Source of the DNA: Eubacterium sp. CAG:180
GTDB lineage: Bacteria > Bacillota > Clostridia > Oscillospirales > CAG-272
Length of the DNA stretch: 64,000 nt
NCBI GenBank assembly: GCA_963628215.1
Contig: CAVGEJ010000001.1
Span: 12,571-76,570, forward strand
Reading direction: 5' to 3'
Every line of letters starts with the position of its first letter. Position 1 is the first letter of the stretch. The notes under the pieces are model-generated. The model saw nothing but the letters and a program-made list of their open reading frames with translations, made no database searches and was not told the DNA's origin. This document shows positions 7,614 to 16,932 of the stretch, piece by piece. Made by a program: the position numbers and the translations under genes.

Positions 7614-8785
7614 CGGCAAAACGGGTCTTTCTGGTTGTCCTCGACAGTCTCGGCGCAGGGGAAGCGCCCGACGCGGCGGCTTTCGGAGATCTCGGCGCAG
7701 ATACCCTGCGCAGTATTCACAACACGGGTCTGCTCCGCATTCCGACCCTGGGGCGGCTCGGCATCGGCAACATTGACGGCTTGTCCTTCCTTGGCGCCGT
7801 CCCGTCTCCCGCCGCCGCGTTCGGCAAAATGCGGGAGCGCTCCGCCGGAAAAGATACGACCATCGGGCATTGGGAGATTGCGGGGCACATCTCGCCCCGC
7901 CCGATGCCAACCTTTCCGCACGGCTTCCCGCAGGCGCTTTTGGATCGCTTCACCGAACTGACGGGGAAAGGAGTTCTTTGCAATCTGCCGTATTCGGGAA
8001 CAGACGTGATCCGCGACTACGGCGAGGAGCATCTGCGCACGGGCAAACTGATTGTATACACCTCGGCGGACAGCGTGTTCCAGATTGCGGCGCATGAGGA
8101 CTTGATTCCGCCCGAGGAACTGTACGAAATCTGCCGCAAAGCGCGGGAACTGCTGACGGGGGACTATGCCGTCGGGCGGGTGATCGCGCGCCCGTTTGTC
8201 GGGACGAACGCCTCGGATTTCACGCGCGTTTCCGCCGACCGCCGCGATTTTTCGCTCGAGCCGCCTGTTCCCGTCCTGCCTGATGTGCTGAAGGCGGCGG
8301 GGTACGACGTGCTGTCGGTCGGAAAGATCATCGACATTTTCGCCGGGCGCGGTTTTACGAAATTCTACCGCACCCACGGCAACGATGAGGGAATGGCGGT
8401 CACCTCGGAACTGGCAAAAACCGATTTTCACGGGCTTTGCTTTGTCAATCTGGTGGATTTCGATATGCTCTACGGACACCGCAACGACGCGCGCGGCTAT
8501 GCCGAAGCGCTGAACCGCTCTGACGCGTGGCTTTCGGGCTTTCTGCCCGCCATGCGCGCGGATGACGTCCTGCTCCTGACCGCCGACCACGGCTGCGACC
8601 CGGGCGACGTGAGCACCGACCACACGCGCGAGTATGTCCCGCTTCTGGTTGCCGGACCGTCGGTTCGTTCCGTCCCGCTCGGGGTGCGGAACGGCTTTTC
8701 GGACGTTGCGGAAAGCGTGCTCGGAATGCTCGGCGCGAAGGGAACGTTCGGCGCAACCGATTTTTCGGGGGAGGTCTTGGCATGA
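7610..8785 (+). CDS. deoB: phosphopentomutase
   Basis: Internal start [41 protein letters not shown] metal site. ATGA overlap with the deoC stop. The track N-terminal extension (7376) lies inside deoC. Confidence 0.95.
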   Translation: [391 protein letters not shown]

Positions 8786-9207
8786 CAGACACTGAATTGG
8801 TTCTGCTCGCCAACGCCGCGCGTTCGAAGTCCTACGCGCCTTATTCGGGCTTCTCGGTTGGCGCGGCGCTTCTATGCACGGACGGAACGATCCTGAGCGG
8901 TTGTAATGTGGAAAACGCTTCCTTTTCGGTAACCTGTTGCGCCGAGCGGAGCGCGCTCTTTGCCGCCGTCAGCGCAGGAAAGCGGCAGTTTGCGGCGCTC
9001 GCGGTTGTGGGCGGCAGACAGGGACAAGCGCCGGACAGTTTCTTCATGCCCTGCGGGGTCTGCCGTCAGGCGTTGGCGGAATTCTGCGCCCCCGAGTTTC
9101 CGATTCTCGTGTGGGACGGAAGAGAAACGCGGCGGTATACGCTTGGCGATCTGTTGTCCTGCGGCTTTTCCGCAGACGCGATGAAGCGAGGGGAGAACCG
9201 CACATGA
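8782..9207 (+). CDS. cdd: cytidine deaminase
   Basis: CAERSALF and PCGVCRQAL zinc motifs, 141 aa. ATGA overlap with deoB. Confidence 0.95.
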   Translation: MTDTELVLLANAARSKSYAPYSGFSVGAALLCTDGTILSGCNVENASFSVTCCAERSALFAAVSAGKRQFAALAVVGGRQGQAPDSFFMPCGVCRQALAEFCAPEFPILVWDGRETRRYTLGDLLSCGFSADAMKRGENRT

Positions 9208-10106
9208 GCGGCGCGCATCGGGTCACGGCGGCGGAACTTGCCTCGTTGCTTCCGCCGCGCGAACGGAACACGCACAAGGGGGATTACGGCTACGTCGCGC
9301 TTCTCGGCGGGTGCATGGAGTATTCGGGCGCGGCAAAACTGGCAAATCTCAGCCAATCCGCCCTGCGTGCGGGATGCGGTGTGGCAACGTTGGCAGTCCC
9401 CGCAACCTTAGCGGGTGCGGTTGCGCCGTACCTTCTGGAAAGTACGCTTTCGCCTGCGCCCGACTGCGGGGACGGGCATATGACGTTTGACACGGACTAT
9501 CTGACCGCGCTGACGGCAGGAAAGCGCGCGATTGCGGTCGGCATGGGATGGGGCAGGAGCGAGGAAAACAAGCAGATTCTGAATTGGCTTCTCTCGCATT
9601 ACAGCGGTTCGCTTCTGATCGATGCGGACGGGTTATGGGCGCTTGCCGGATTAGATCCGGTCAGGGCGCTTTCTGCGGCAACCTGCCGCGTGATTCTGAC
9701 CCCGCACCACGGGGAATTCGCGCGCCTGACCGGGCTGTCGCTCCCGCAGATTGAATCGGATCGGGTTGCCGCCGCACGGGACTTTGCCAAGCGCACGGGA
9801 AAGGTAACCTTGCTCAAAGGGTCAGAAACGGTTATCACGGACGGGGAAACGGTGCTGACAGTTGACCGCGGTTGCCCGGGGATGGCGACGGCAGGAAGCG
9901 GGGATGTGCTGTCGGGCGTGATAACGGGACTGCTCGGCTACCTGCCGCCCGACGTGCGGACGGTTGCGCTTGGCGCTTATCTGTGCGGGCTTGCGGGCGA
10001 ATATGCGGCGCGGGACGTGGGCGAGATTTCCATGCTTGCGTCCGATACGGCTTCCCATCTCGCCGAGGCGGTGCGCACGGTACAAAAAGAAAGAGAACCT
10101 TGCTGA
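9204..10106 (+). CDS. nnrD: ADP-dependent NAD(P)H-hydrate dehydratase (YjeF C-terminal / carbohydrate-kinase domain only)
   Basis: Start MSGAHRVTAAEL...RNTHKGDYGYVALLGGCMEYSGAAKLA...IDADGL...TPHHGEFARL...LLKGSETVI...GMATAGSGDVLSG. ATGA overlap with cdd. Confidence 0.85.
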   Translation: MSGAHRVTAAELASLLPPRERNTHKGDYGYVALLGGCMEYSGAAKLANLSQSALRAGCGVATLAVPATLAGAVAPYLLESTLSPAPDCGDGHMTFDTDYLTALTAGKRAIAVGMGWGRSEENKQILNWLLSHYSGSLLIDADGLWALAGLDPVRALSAATCRVILTPHHGEFARLTGLSLPQIESDRVAAARDFAKRTGKVTLLKGSETVITDGETVLTVDRGCPGMATAGSGDVLSGVITGLLGYLPPDVRTVALGAYLCGLAGEYAARDVGEISMLASDTASHLAEAVRTVQKEREPC

Positions 10107-10117
10107 AGGTTCTCTTT
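10090..10117. terminator. bidirectional terminator between convergent nnrD and the glnS operon
   Basis: AAAGAGAACCTT-gctg-AAGGTTCTCTTT, with an A-run upstream and a T-run downstream. The nnrD stop sits in the loop. Confidence 0.7.
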
Positions 10118-10118
10118 T

Positions 10119-10403
10119 TTATTTCTTCTTCCGCTTCTTCCACCATTTCTTGATTGCCAACGTCAGTGCAATACAGATGGGGAAGAACGGGGTAAAAGGA
10201 CCTGCCCAGAAAACGAGCACTGCCGTTGCCATAACCGCCGCCCATTTCCAACCGAATATCAGCTTCAGCAGATAGCCGACCCAAACGGGGGAGTAAACCA
10301 CCGCGATTACCGCGATCAGCAGAACCACGGTTCGCCAATCGCGGCATTCGTCAAAGATCCAGCGGAAAAAGGCTTTGACCTTTTCCCAAAGCTTTCGGAA
10401 CAT
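10119..10403 (-). CDS. small membrane protein (3 predicted TM helices, poly-Lys tail), function unknown
   Basis: 94-aa ORF. Its ATG overlaps the glnS stop by 1 nt (TGATG). Hydrophobic segments VVLLIAVIAVVY, AAVMATAVLVFWA, FFPICIALTLAI. Confidence 0.6.
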   Translation of the reverse strand: MFRKLWEKVKAFFRWIFDECRDWRTVVLLIAVIAVVYSPVWVGYLLKLIFGWKWAAVMATAVLVFWAGPFTPFFPICIALTLAIKKWWKKRKKK

Positions 10404-12070
10404 CAGCCCTTCGGGAAGCTGTCCTTCAAGCCGACCGTGCGGTTAAAGGTGTGCGGATTCTTCGTATCGGCGCAGAAATAGCCGAAGCGAACGAACTGGA
10501 AGGTCTCTCCCGCCTTTGCGTCCGCCAACGCAGGCTCTGCCTTTGCGTTCTTGACAACAACAAGCGACTCGGGATTGATGAAATCGGTGTATTCCTTGTC
10601 ATCGGGCTTGTCTGCGGGATTTTCCAGTGTAATCAGATTGTTATAGAGGTGCAGGGTGACGTCCTCCGCATGCGGCGCGGAGAGCCAATGGATGGTTCCT
10701 TTGACCTTTCTGCCGTCCGCCGGGTTGCCGTTTCCGGTTTCCAAGTCTGCCGTGCAGTGCAGTTCGGCGATGCTGCCGTCCGCGCCGTGCACGATCTCGT
10801 TGCATTTCACGATATAAGCGCCCATCAGGCGAACCTCTCCGCCTTCCTTCATGCGGAAGAACTTGGGCGGCGGGACTTCGGCAAAGTCGCTCGCGTCGAT
10901 ATAAAGTTCGCGGGTAAAGGGCACTTTGCGCTTTCCCGCGTTCTCATCCTGCGGGTTGTTGGGCAGGTCGAAATACTCGGTCTTGTCGGCGGGATAGTTG
11001 GTAATTACCACACGCAAGGGCTTTTCAATTGCGATGCGGCGCGGCGCGGTGCGGTTCAACTCGTCGCGCAGGCAAGCCTCCAGTTGGCGGATGTCGACAA
11101 GCGACCCTGCCTTCGACACGCCCGTGCGGTTGATGAAATCCAGAATCGACTGCGGGGTATAGCCGCGCCGCCGCATTCCGCAAAGCGTGGGCATACGCGG
11201 GTCGTCCCAACCGTCCACAACGCCGGTTTCAACCATCGACCGCAGAAAGCGCTTGGACAGAACCGTGTAGGTGATGTTCAGCCGCGCGAACTCGATCTGG
11301 CGCGGGAAGCCTGCCGGATTGCCCGGGATATCCACATTGTCGCGAACCCAGTTGTAAAGCGGGCGGTGAATCTCGAACTCCAACGAGCAGAGGGAGTGCG
11401 TGATGCCTTCCAACGCGTCCTGAATCGGGTGCGCGAAGTCGTACATCGGGTAGATGCACCATTTGTTGCCCTGACGGTGATGCTCCGCATACTTAATGCG
11501 GTAGATTACGGGGTCGCGCATACAGAAGTTGCCCGAAGCCAGATCAATTTTGGCGCGCAGGGTGTACTTGCCCTCGGGAAATTCGCCGTTTTTCATGCGC
11601 TCGAACAGATCGAGGCTTTCTGCAATCGGTCTGTCGCGCCACGGGGAAACGGCAGGATGGGTCAGGTCGCCGCTGTACTTCGGGGCGCGGAATTCCTCCG
11701 CCGAAAGTTCGCAGACATAGGCAAGCCCCTTTTTTATCAATCCGACCGCCAGTTCGTAATCCTTTTCAAAGTAATCCGAGCCGTAGAAGAAGCGGTCGCC
11801 CCAGTCGAAACCGAGCCAGTGGATGTCCTCCTTGATGGCGTCAACGTACTCGGTGTCCTCCTTGGAGGGGTTGGTGTCGTCCATACGCAGGTTGCAGACC
11901 CCGCCGTACTTGCGCGCAGTTCCGAAGTCCACACACAGCGCCTTGCAGTGCCCGATGTGCAGATATCCGTTCGGCTCGGGAGGAAAGCGCGTGTGCACCT
12001 TCATGCCGGGGTTGTTTGCCAGATCCTCGTCAATAAAATCGTGTATAAAATTCTTTTCCAATTCTTCCAT
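10403..12070 (-). CDS. glnS: glutamine--tRNA ligase
   Basis: TRFPPEPNGYLHIGHCKA (HIGH), VLSKR (KMSKS), 555 aa. C-terminal anticodon-binding beta-barrel region typical of GlnRS. Confidence 0.95.
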   Translation of the reverse strand: MEELEKNFIHDFIDEDLANNPGMKVHTRFPPEPNGYLHIGHCKALCVDFGTARKYGGVCNLRMDDTNPSKEDTEYVDAIKEDIHWLGFDWGDRFFYGSDYFEKDYELAVGLIKKGLAYVCELSAEEFRAPKYSGDLTHPAVSPWRDRPIAESLDLFERMKNGEFPEGKYTLRAKIDLASGNFCMRDPVIYRIKYAEHHRQGNKWCIYPMYDFAHPIQDALEGITHSLCSLEFEIHRPLYNWVRDNVDIPGNPAGFPRQIEFARLNITYTVLSKRFLRSMVETGVVDGWDDPRMPTLCGMRRRGYTPQSILDFINRTGVSKAGSLVDIRQLEACLRDELNRTAPRRIAIEKPLRVVITNYPADKTEYFDLPNNPQDENAGKRKVPFTRELYIDASDFAEVPPPKFFRMKEGGEVRLMGAYIVKCNEIVHGADGSIAELHCTADLETGNGNPADGRKVKGTIHWLSAPHAEDVTLHLYNNLITLENPADKPDDKEYTDFINPESLVVVKNAKAEPALADAKAGETFQFVRFGYFCADTKNPHTFNRTVGLKDSFPKG

Positions 12071-12082
12071 ATCGGTAAACCC

Positions 12083-13801
12083 TCACTTCAAAGTTTCTGT
12101 CATCCGCGCAATGCGGGCTTTGACCCGTTCGGGTCCCATCACCTGCATTACGGCATACATATCGGGGGAATTCAGCCGCCCCGTAACGGCAACGCGCAAA
12201 AACATACTCACGTCGGCAACGCTTCCGCGATAAGCTGCGGGGTCTGCCTTGTAAGCCTTCATATCGGAGGCGTATCCGATGGATTCCGCAACTGCCTTGA
12301 TCTTGTCAAACCAGACCGTCATATCGTCGGCAGGGTCATAGGAGGCGAGGAAGCGCTCCAGAGCCGTGCGGATATCGGCGCGGTCAAACTGCTCCGCGTA
12401 AGCGTCCTTGATTGTAAACAGACTGTCGTAGAAGAAGTCCATATAGCCCTTGACGTCCGCCCATGTTGCAAAATCCTTGCGGGGCTTTTTGCCGCCGCGA
12501 CCGATGGCGAAGATCGCCTTTGCATAATCGGGGTCTGCGTCCAGAAGCTGACCGAATGCGGGGTCAAACTGCCGCGCCCATGCGCTTGCCTGCTCAAAGA
12601 CTTCTTCCGCCGTCATGCGGGAAATCACGTTCTTGCTGACGTCGTTCAGCTTGTTGAAGTCGAACAGACATCCGGAAGAACTCATCTTCTTGATGTTGAA
12701 GGGGAACTCGGTATAGGGCTTGTCCGGGTTCTGCGTGTGCCACTCCTCGTAGTTGGAGTTGAGCAGGGTCATGATATACTCGCAAACGCAGGCGGGAGCA
12801 TAGCCCATGCGGCTGTAGTCATCCATGTTCGCACCCATATCACGCTTGGAGAGTTTTTTCTTGTTGCCGTTTTCGTCAAGCCGCATGATCTGCGCAATGT
12901 GCAGATACTTCGGCAGACGGAAACCAAGATAGCGGAACAGCATCAGGTGCTTGGCAAGGCTCGGAAGCCATTCCTCGCCGCGGATGACGTGCGTAGTTCC
13001 CATCAGATGGTCGTCCACCGCGTGGGCGAAGTGATAAGTCGGAATGCCGTCGCTCTTGAGCAGGACAAAATCCTCGTCGTTTTCGGGAATCTCCAGCTTG
13101 CCCTTAATCAGGTCGGTGAAGGGGATTTTCTTTTCGGGATTGCCGTCCGCAAGCAGGCGCAGGACGAACGGGTCGCCGTTCTGCAGATGCGCCTTGACTT
13201 CCTCCAGAGTAAACTGCCGCTGTTTTGCCTGTTCCTCGGCGCGGTTGTCGCTCTCGTTTTCCCAGTCGCGGGATTTGATCTCCGCCTTCTTGTCAAGCGC
13301 GTTCAGCGCCTCCAGTTCCTCTTTGGTCGTGAAAACGGGGTAGGCAAGCCTGCGCTTTACAAGATCCTTTGCAAAAACGTGATAAATCGGTCCGCGCGCG
13401 CTCTGCTTGTAAGGACCGTAAGCGCCATGATCGGATACTTTTCCGTTCTCGTCGAGAATCGCGCCCTCGTCAAAATGAATCCCGTAGTGCGCCAGTGTGC
13501 GGATCAAGCCCTCCGCCGCTCCGGGAACTTCGCGCTTTGCGTCGGTGTCCTCAATCCGCAGATAGAACACGCCGCCCGATTGGTGCGCCAGACGTTCTCC
13601 GATGGTGGAGGGGAAGAGACCGCCGAAGTGCACAAAGCCCGTGGGGCTCGGTGCAAAGCGGGTCACCTTCGCGCCCTCGGGGAGATTCCGCGGCGGATAT
13701 TTCGCCTCCATATCCGCAGGTGTTTCGGTTACGTTCGGGAACAGCAGTTCCGCCAATGCTTCAAAATCCATGGTAGCAATTTCCTTTTCCTTCATCTTCA
13801 T
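12083..13801 (-). CDS. gltX: glutamate--tRNA ligase (long, divergent form)
   Basis: TRFAPSPTGFVHFGG...YLRIEDTDAKRE, KLSKRD (KMSKS). 572 aa. The start overlaps the upstream MBL gene stop (ATGA). Confidence 0.88.
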   Translation of the reverse strand: MKMKEKEIATMDFEALAELLFPNVTETPADMEAKYPPRNLPEGAKVTRFAPSPTGFVHFGGLFPSTIGERLAHQSGGVFYLRIEDTDAKREVPGAAEGLIRTLAHYGIHFDEGAILDENGKVSDHGAYGPYKQSARGPIYHVFAKDLVKRRLAYPVFTTKEELEALNALDKKAEIKSRDWENESDNRAEEQAKQRQFTLEEVKAHLQNGDPFVLRLLADGNPEKKIPFTDLIKGKLEIPENDEDFVLLKSDGIPTYHFAHAVDDHLMGTTHVIRGEEWLPSLAKHLMLFRYLGFRLPKYLHIAQIMRLDENGNKKKLSKRDMGANMDDYSRMGYAPACVCEYIMTLLNSNYEEWHTQNPDKPYTEFPFNIKKMSSSGCLFDFNKLNDVSKNVISRMTAEEVFEQASAWARQFDPAFGQLLDADPDYAKAIFAIGRGGKKPRKDFATWADVKGYMDFFYDSLFTIKDAYAEQFDRADIRTALERFLASYDPADDMTVWFDKIKAVAESIGYASDMKAYKADPAAYRGSVADVSMFLRVAVTGRLNSPDMYAVMQVMGPERVKARIARMTETLK

Positions 13802-14421
13802 CTTGTAATTCCGATTGCCGCAAGCGCGTCGCCAAGCCTTGCGGATTTCCCGTGACCGGGGTAAATAACGGTATCGGGCGGGAGCGTTGCCAATCGTCCG
13901 AGAGACGCGCGCAGGTCGTCGGCATTTCCGCTGTAAAGATCGGTGCGACCGTAGTTCTCCGCAAACAGGGTATCTCCCGTCAGCAGGTCGTGCCCGTCGT
14001 TCACGAGGAAACAGGCGCTGCCCGCAGTATGCCCGGGCGTGTGCAGAACCGTGACCGTCTCAGAACCGATCGCAATGCGGTCGCCGTCCCGGAAAGTCTC
14101 TTCGGGCGTTCTCCATACGCGTCGCTGTCGGAAGAACGCCTCAAACGCATTTTTTCGTGCGTCGGAGGGGAGATTCAGATCGTTTTCGTGAATCCCGGCG
14201 GAAACGCCGGTTCGGTCGCGCAGGGTATCGAGCGACAGAATGTGGTCGAAATGCCCGTGCGTCAGAAGAATACGCGAAAATTTCGCGCCATCGCCCCGGA
14301 GCGCACCCAGAACCGTATCGGCGTCGGGACTCGGATCAATCACCGCCGCCGCGCCGTCGCGCGCAATCAGCAGATAACAATTTGCGCCGAACGAGCCGGG
14401 GTAAAGCCTGTGAATTCGCAT
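13798..14421 (-). CDS. MBL-fold metallo-hydrolase (glyoxalase II-like)
   Basis: Start MRIHRLYPGSFGANCYLL, preceded by GGAAAGGAGG. THGHFDH and HTPGHT motifs. The track extension to 14526 crosses the promoter. Confidence 0.9.
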   Translation of the reverse strand: MRIHRLYPGSFGANCYLLIARDGAAAVIDPSPDADTVLGALRGDGAKFSRILLTHGHFDHILSLDTLRDRTGVSAGIHENDLNLPSDARKNAFEAFFRQRRVWRTPEETFRDGDRIAIGSETVTVLHTPGHTAGSACFLVNDGHDLLTGDTLFAENYGRTDLYSGNADDLRASLGRLATLPPDTVIYPGHGKSARLGDALAAIGITR

Positions 14422-14463
14422 GCAGAACCTCCTTTCCGAATCCGGTTTCATTATATCCAATCT

Positions 14464-14492
14464 ATTATACACTATTTTCATGCTTTTTTCAA
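14464..14492 (-). promoter_or_regulatory. promoter of the MBL-gltX-glnS operon
   Basis: Minus strand TTGAAA (fwd 14487-14492), 17 nt, TATAAT (fwd 14464-14469) with TG at -15/-14. Confidence 0.6.
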
Positions 14493-14574
14493 GGGGGAAT
14501 GTTACAAAAAAGTGGAAAACGCGCAATCACTTTTCCGACACAGCGGACATTTTCCGCTGTTTTCAAGATACCCC

Positions 14575-14604
14575 TTGACTTTTCCCCCTATATTGGTGTA
14601 TAAT
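14575..14604 (+). promoter_or_regulatory. promoter of the aromatic amino acid supraoperon
   Basis: TTGACT (14575-14580), 18 nt, TG-n-TATAAT (14599-14604). The track start codon at 14603 lies inside this -10 box. Confidence 0.6.
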
Positions 14605-14638
14605 GAATAAAGAAGTATTGTTTGTCGGGGGTGACGTC

Positions 14639-15847
14639 ATGAATGAAGCAATGAGGAAGCTTGGCGCGGAGCGTTCCGCGATCCGCGAACTGTTTGAATA
14701 CGGGAAGAAGCGGAGCGCCGAGGTGGGCGCGGAGCGCGTGTTTGATTTCAGCATCGGAAATCCGAGCGTTCCCACGCCGCCCGAGGTCAGTGCCGAACTG
14801 ACCCGGCTGTTGCGGGAATCCGATCCCGTCGCGCTTCACGGTTACACCTCCGCACAGGGAGACCCCGCCGCACGGCGCGCAATCGCCGCGCATCTGAACC
14901 GTACTTATAATGCCGAAGCCGACCCCGATCTGATTTATCTCACGGCGGGCGCGGCGGCATCGCTGACCGTCAGTCTCAACGCGATTCTGAACGCGGAGGA
15001 CGAGGTCATTCTGCTAGCCCCGTTCTTTCCGGAATACCGCGTGTTTGTCGAGCGCGCGGGCGGTCGGGTACGGGTTGTTCAGCCCGACCCCGAAACCTTT
15101 CTGCCCGATTTTGACGCGCTGGAGGTGGCGATCGGAGACCGCACCCGCGCGCTGATTCTCAATTCTCCCAACAACCCGAGCGGCGCGATTCTGTCCGAAG
15201 ACGGTTTGCGGCGGCTTTGCGGGATTCTGGACGCCGCAGAGAAGCGGTACGGGCATCCCGTGTGGCTGCTTTCGGACGAGCCTTACCGCGAGTTGGTCTG
15301 GGACGGGAGTCGGATTCCGTTTGTCACGCAGTTCTACAGAAACAGTCTGGTGCTGTATTCCTACAGCAAATCGCTCTCGCTCCCGGGCGAGCGCATCGGG
15401 TACATTCTGGTTTCCTCCCGCGCGCAGAACGCAAAGGGAATCTATGAGGCGATCTGCGGGGCGGGACGGGCGCTCGGATTCGTTTGCGCACCGTCTCTGC
15501 TCCAGCATATGCTTCCCGCCTGCGCGGGACTCTGCGCGGATTTCTCGGTCTACCGCACCAACCGCGCGCTGTTGTACGAGGGCTTGACGGCGCTCGGCTT
15601 TGAAGCGGTCAAGCCGCAGGGCGCGTTCTATCTCTTTCTACGCGTGCCGGAATCCGACGCCGGGCGCTTTGCGGAGCGGGCGAAGGCGCTTGAATTGCTG
15701 TTGGTTTCGTCCGACAGCTTCGGCATGGGCGGATATGTCCGCATTTCCTACTGCGTGCCGACCGACCGGATTCGCAGGGCGCTTCCCGCATTTGCGGAAC
15801 TTGCAAAGCTCTATGACCTGAAACCGACCGAAGGGAAAAGAATATGA
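14639..15847 (+). CDS. PLP-dependent class I/II aminotransferase (aspartate/aromatic type)
   Basis: MNEAMRKLGAERSAIRELFEYG...NSPNNPSG...YSYSKSLSLPGERIGY (PLP-Lys motif). GGGGGTGA RBS. Confidence 0.9.
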   Translation: MNEAMRKLGAERSAIRELFEYGKKRSAEVGAERVFDFSIGNPSVPTPPEVSAELTRLLRESDPVALHGYTSAQGDPAARRAIAAHLNRTYNAEADPDLIYLTAGAAASLTVSLNAILNAEDEVILLAPFFPEYRVFVERAGGRVRVVQPDPETFLPDFDALEVAIGDRTRALILNSPNNPSGAILSEDGLRRLCGILDAAEKRYGHPVWLLSDEPYRELVWDGSRIPFVTQFYRNSLVLYSYSKSLSLPGERIGYILVSSRAQNAKGIYEAICGAGRALGFVCAPSLLQHMLPACAGLCADFSVYRTNRALLYEGLTALGFEAVKPQGAFYLFLRVPESDAGRFAERAKALELLLVSSDSFGMGGYVRISYCVPTDRIRRALPAFAELAKLYDLKPTEGKRI

Positions 15848-16920
15848 ATTCACTGGAAAAAGCAAGAGAAACGATCAACCGCGTAGACAGAGAGATGGCG
15901 GCGCTGTTCGCCGAGCGGATGCGCGTCGCAGAGCAGGTTGCGGCTTATAAAAAGGAACACGGACTGCCGATTACCGACGCGAAGCGCGAGGCGGCGGTGA
16001 TCCGGAGCGGCGCGGAACGGGTCGACGACCCGATTCTGCGGGAGTACTATGTCCGTTTCATTCAGGAAACGATGGCGCTTTCCCGCGCGTATCAGAGCCG
16101 GTTGCTGGAAGGGATGCGGGTTGCCTACAGCGGAACGGAAGGCGCGTTTGCGCATATCGCAACCGGAAAACTCTTTCCGAGCGCGGAGAAGATCGGATTT
16201 CCCGATTTCGAAAGCGCTTACCGCGCGGTGGAGAACGGGGAATGCGACGCGGCGGTTCTGCCCGTGGAGAACAGTACCAACGGCGAAGTGGGACAGGTGA
16301 TGGATCTGATGTTCTCGGGCGGTCTGTTCATCAACCGGATGCTGGATCTGCCCGTAACGCAGGATCTGCTTGTCAAGCCCGGGATTACCGTCGAAGAAAT
16401 CCGAACCGTTATCAGTCACCCGCAGGCGCTCGGGCAGTGCGCCGCGCGCATCCGCGAGATGGGGTGGCAGACCGAGGAATATCCGAACACCGCGTTGGCG
16501 GCAAAATTCGTGGCGGCAACCAACGATCGCACGGTTGCGGCAATCGCAAGCGCCGAGGCGGCGGAGCAGTTCGGACTTTCCGTGTTGGAGCGAAATCTCA
16601 ACGCAAGCCGCAGCAACACCACGCGGTTTGCGGTCTTTACAAGAGCCGAAAACACGCAAACACCGGGAAGCTGTTCGGCGCTGATGTTTACGGTTCGCAA
16701 CGAGGCAGGCGCACTGGCGCGGGCAATCGACGTCATCGGACATTACGGCTTCAATATGCGGACTCTGCGCAGCCGTCCCATGAAGGAACTGCTCTGGCAG
16801 TACTATTTCTACGTGGAAGCGGAGGGGGATCTGCACTCGCCGGACGGGCAGAATATGCTCCGCGCACTGGCGGTCTTTTGCGACAGGCTGAAGCCCGTTG
16901 GTTGTTACACGGTTTCATAA
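15844..16920 (+). CDS. pheA: bifunctional chorismate mutase / prephenate dehydratase (P-protein, with ACT domain)
   Basis: The N-terminal CM helix bundle (REMAALFAERMRVAEQVAAYKKEHGLPITD) is followed by PDT (VAYSGTEGAFAH...VLPVENSTNGEV...ISHPQALGQC...NTTRF). The C-terminus is ACT (ALMFTVRNEAGALARAIDVIGHYGFNM). Confidence 0.95.
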   Translation: MNSLEKARETINRVDREMAALFAERMRVAEQVAAYKKEHGLPITDAKREAAVIRSGAERVDDPILREYYVRFIQETMALSRAYQSRLLEGMRVAYSGTEGAFAHIATGKLFPSAEKIGFPDFESAYRAVENGECDAAVLPVENSTNGEVGQVMDLMFSGGLFINRMLDLPVTQDLLVKPGITVEEIRTVISHPQALGQCAARIREMGWQTEEYPNTALAAKFVAATNDRTVAAIASAEAAEQFGLSVLERNLNASRSNTTRFAVFTRAENTQTPGSCSALMFTVRNEAGALARAIDVIGHYGFNMRTLRSRPMKELLWQYYFYVEAEGDLHSPDGQNMLRALAVFCDRLKPVGCYTVS

Positions 16921-16932
16921 GGAGGGGATTTC

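Noticed and set aside
10451-13855. 1,134-aa + strand ORF, the longest in the track
   Set aside because: It is exactly in register with glnS and gltX on the opposite strand, both of which have unmistakable aaRS motifs. It stays open only because TTA/CTA/TCA sense codons are absent. The same reasoning rejects 1260..2348, 2833..3897, 5522..6778, 6828..7910, 7487..8623, 15850..16836, 17874..18959, 18928..20502, 20714..21631, 22629..23675, 23950..26220, 27259..29070, 29015..30544, 31891..34689, 38393..40351, 44071..45465, 46812..47810, 47662..48915, 50925..52409, 52461..54881, 54713..56137, 57874..59778, 60221..61543 and 62907..63851.
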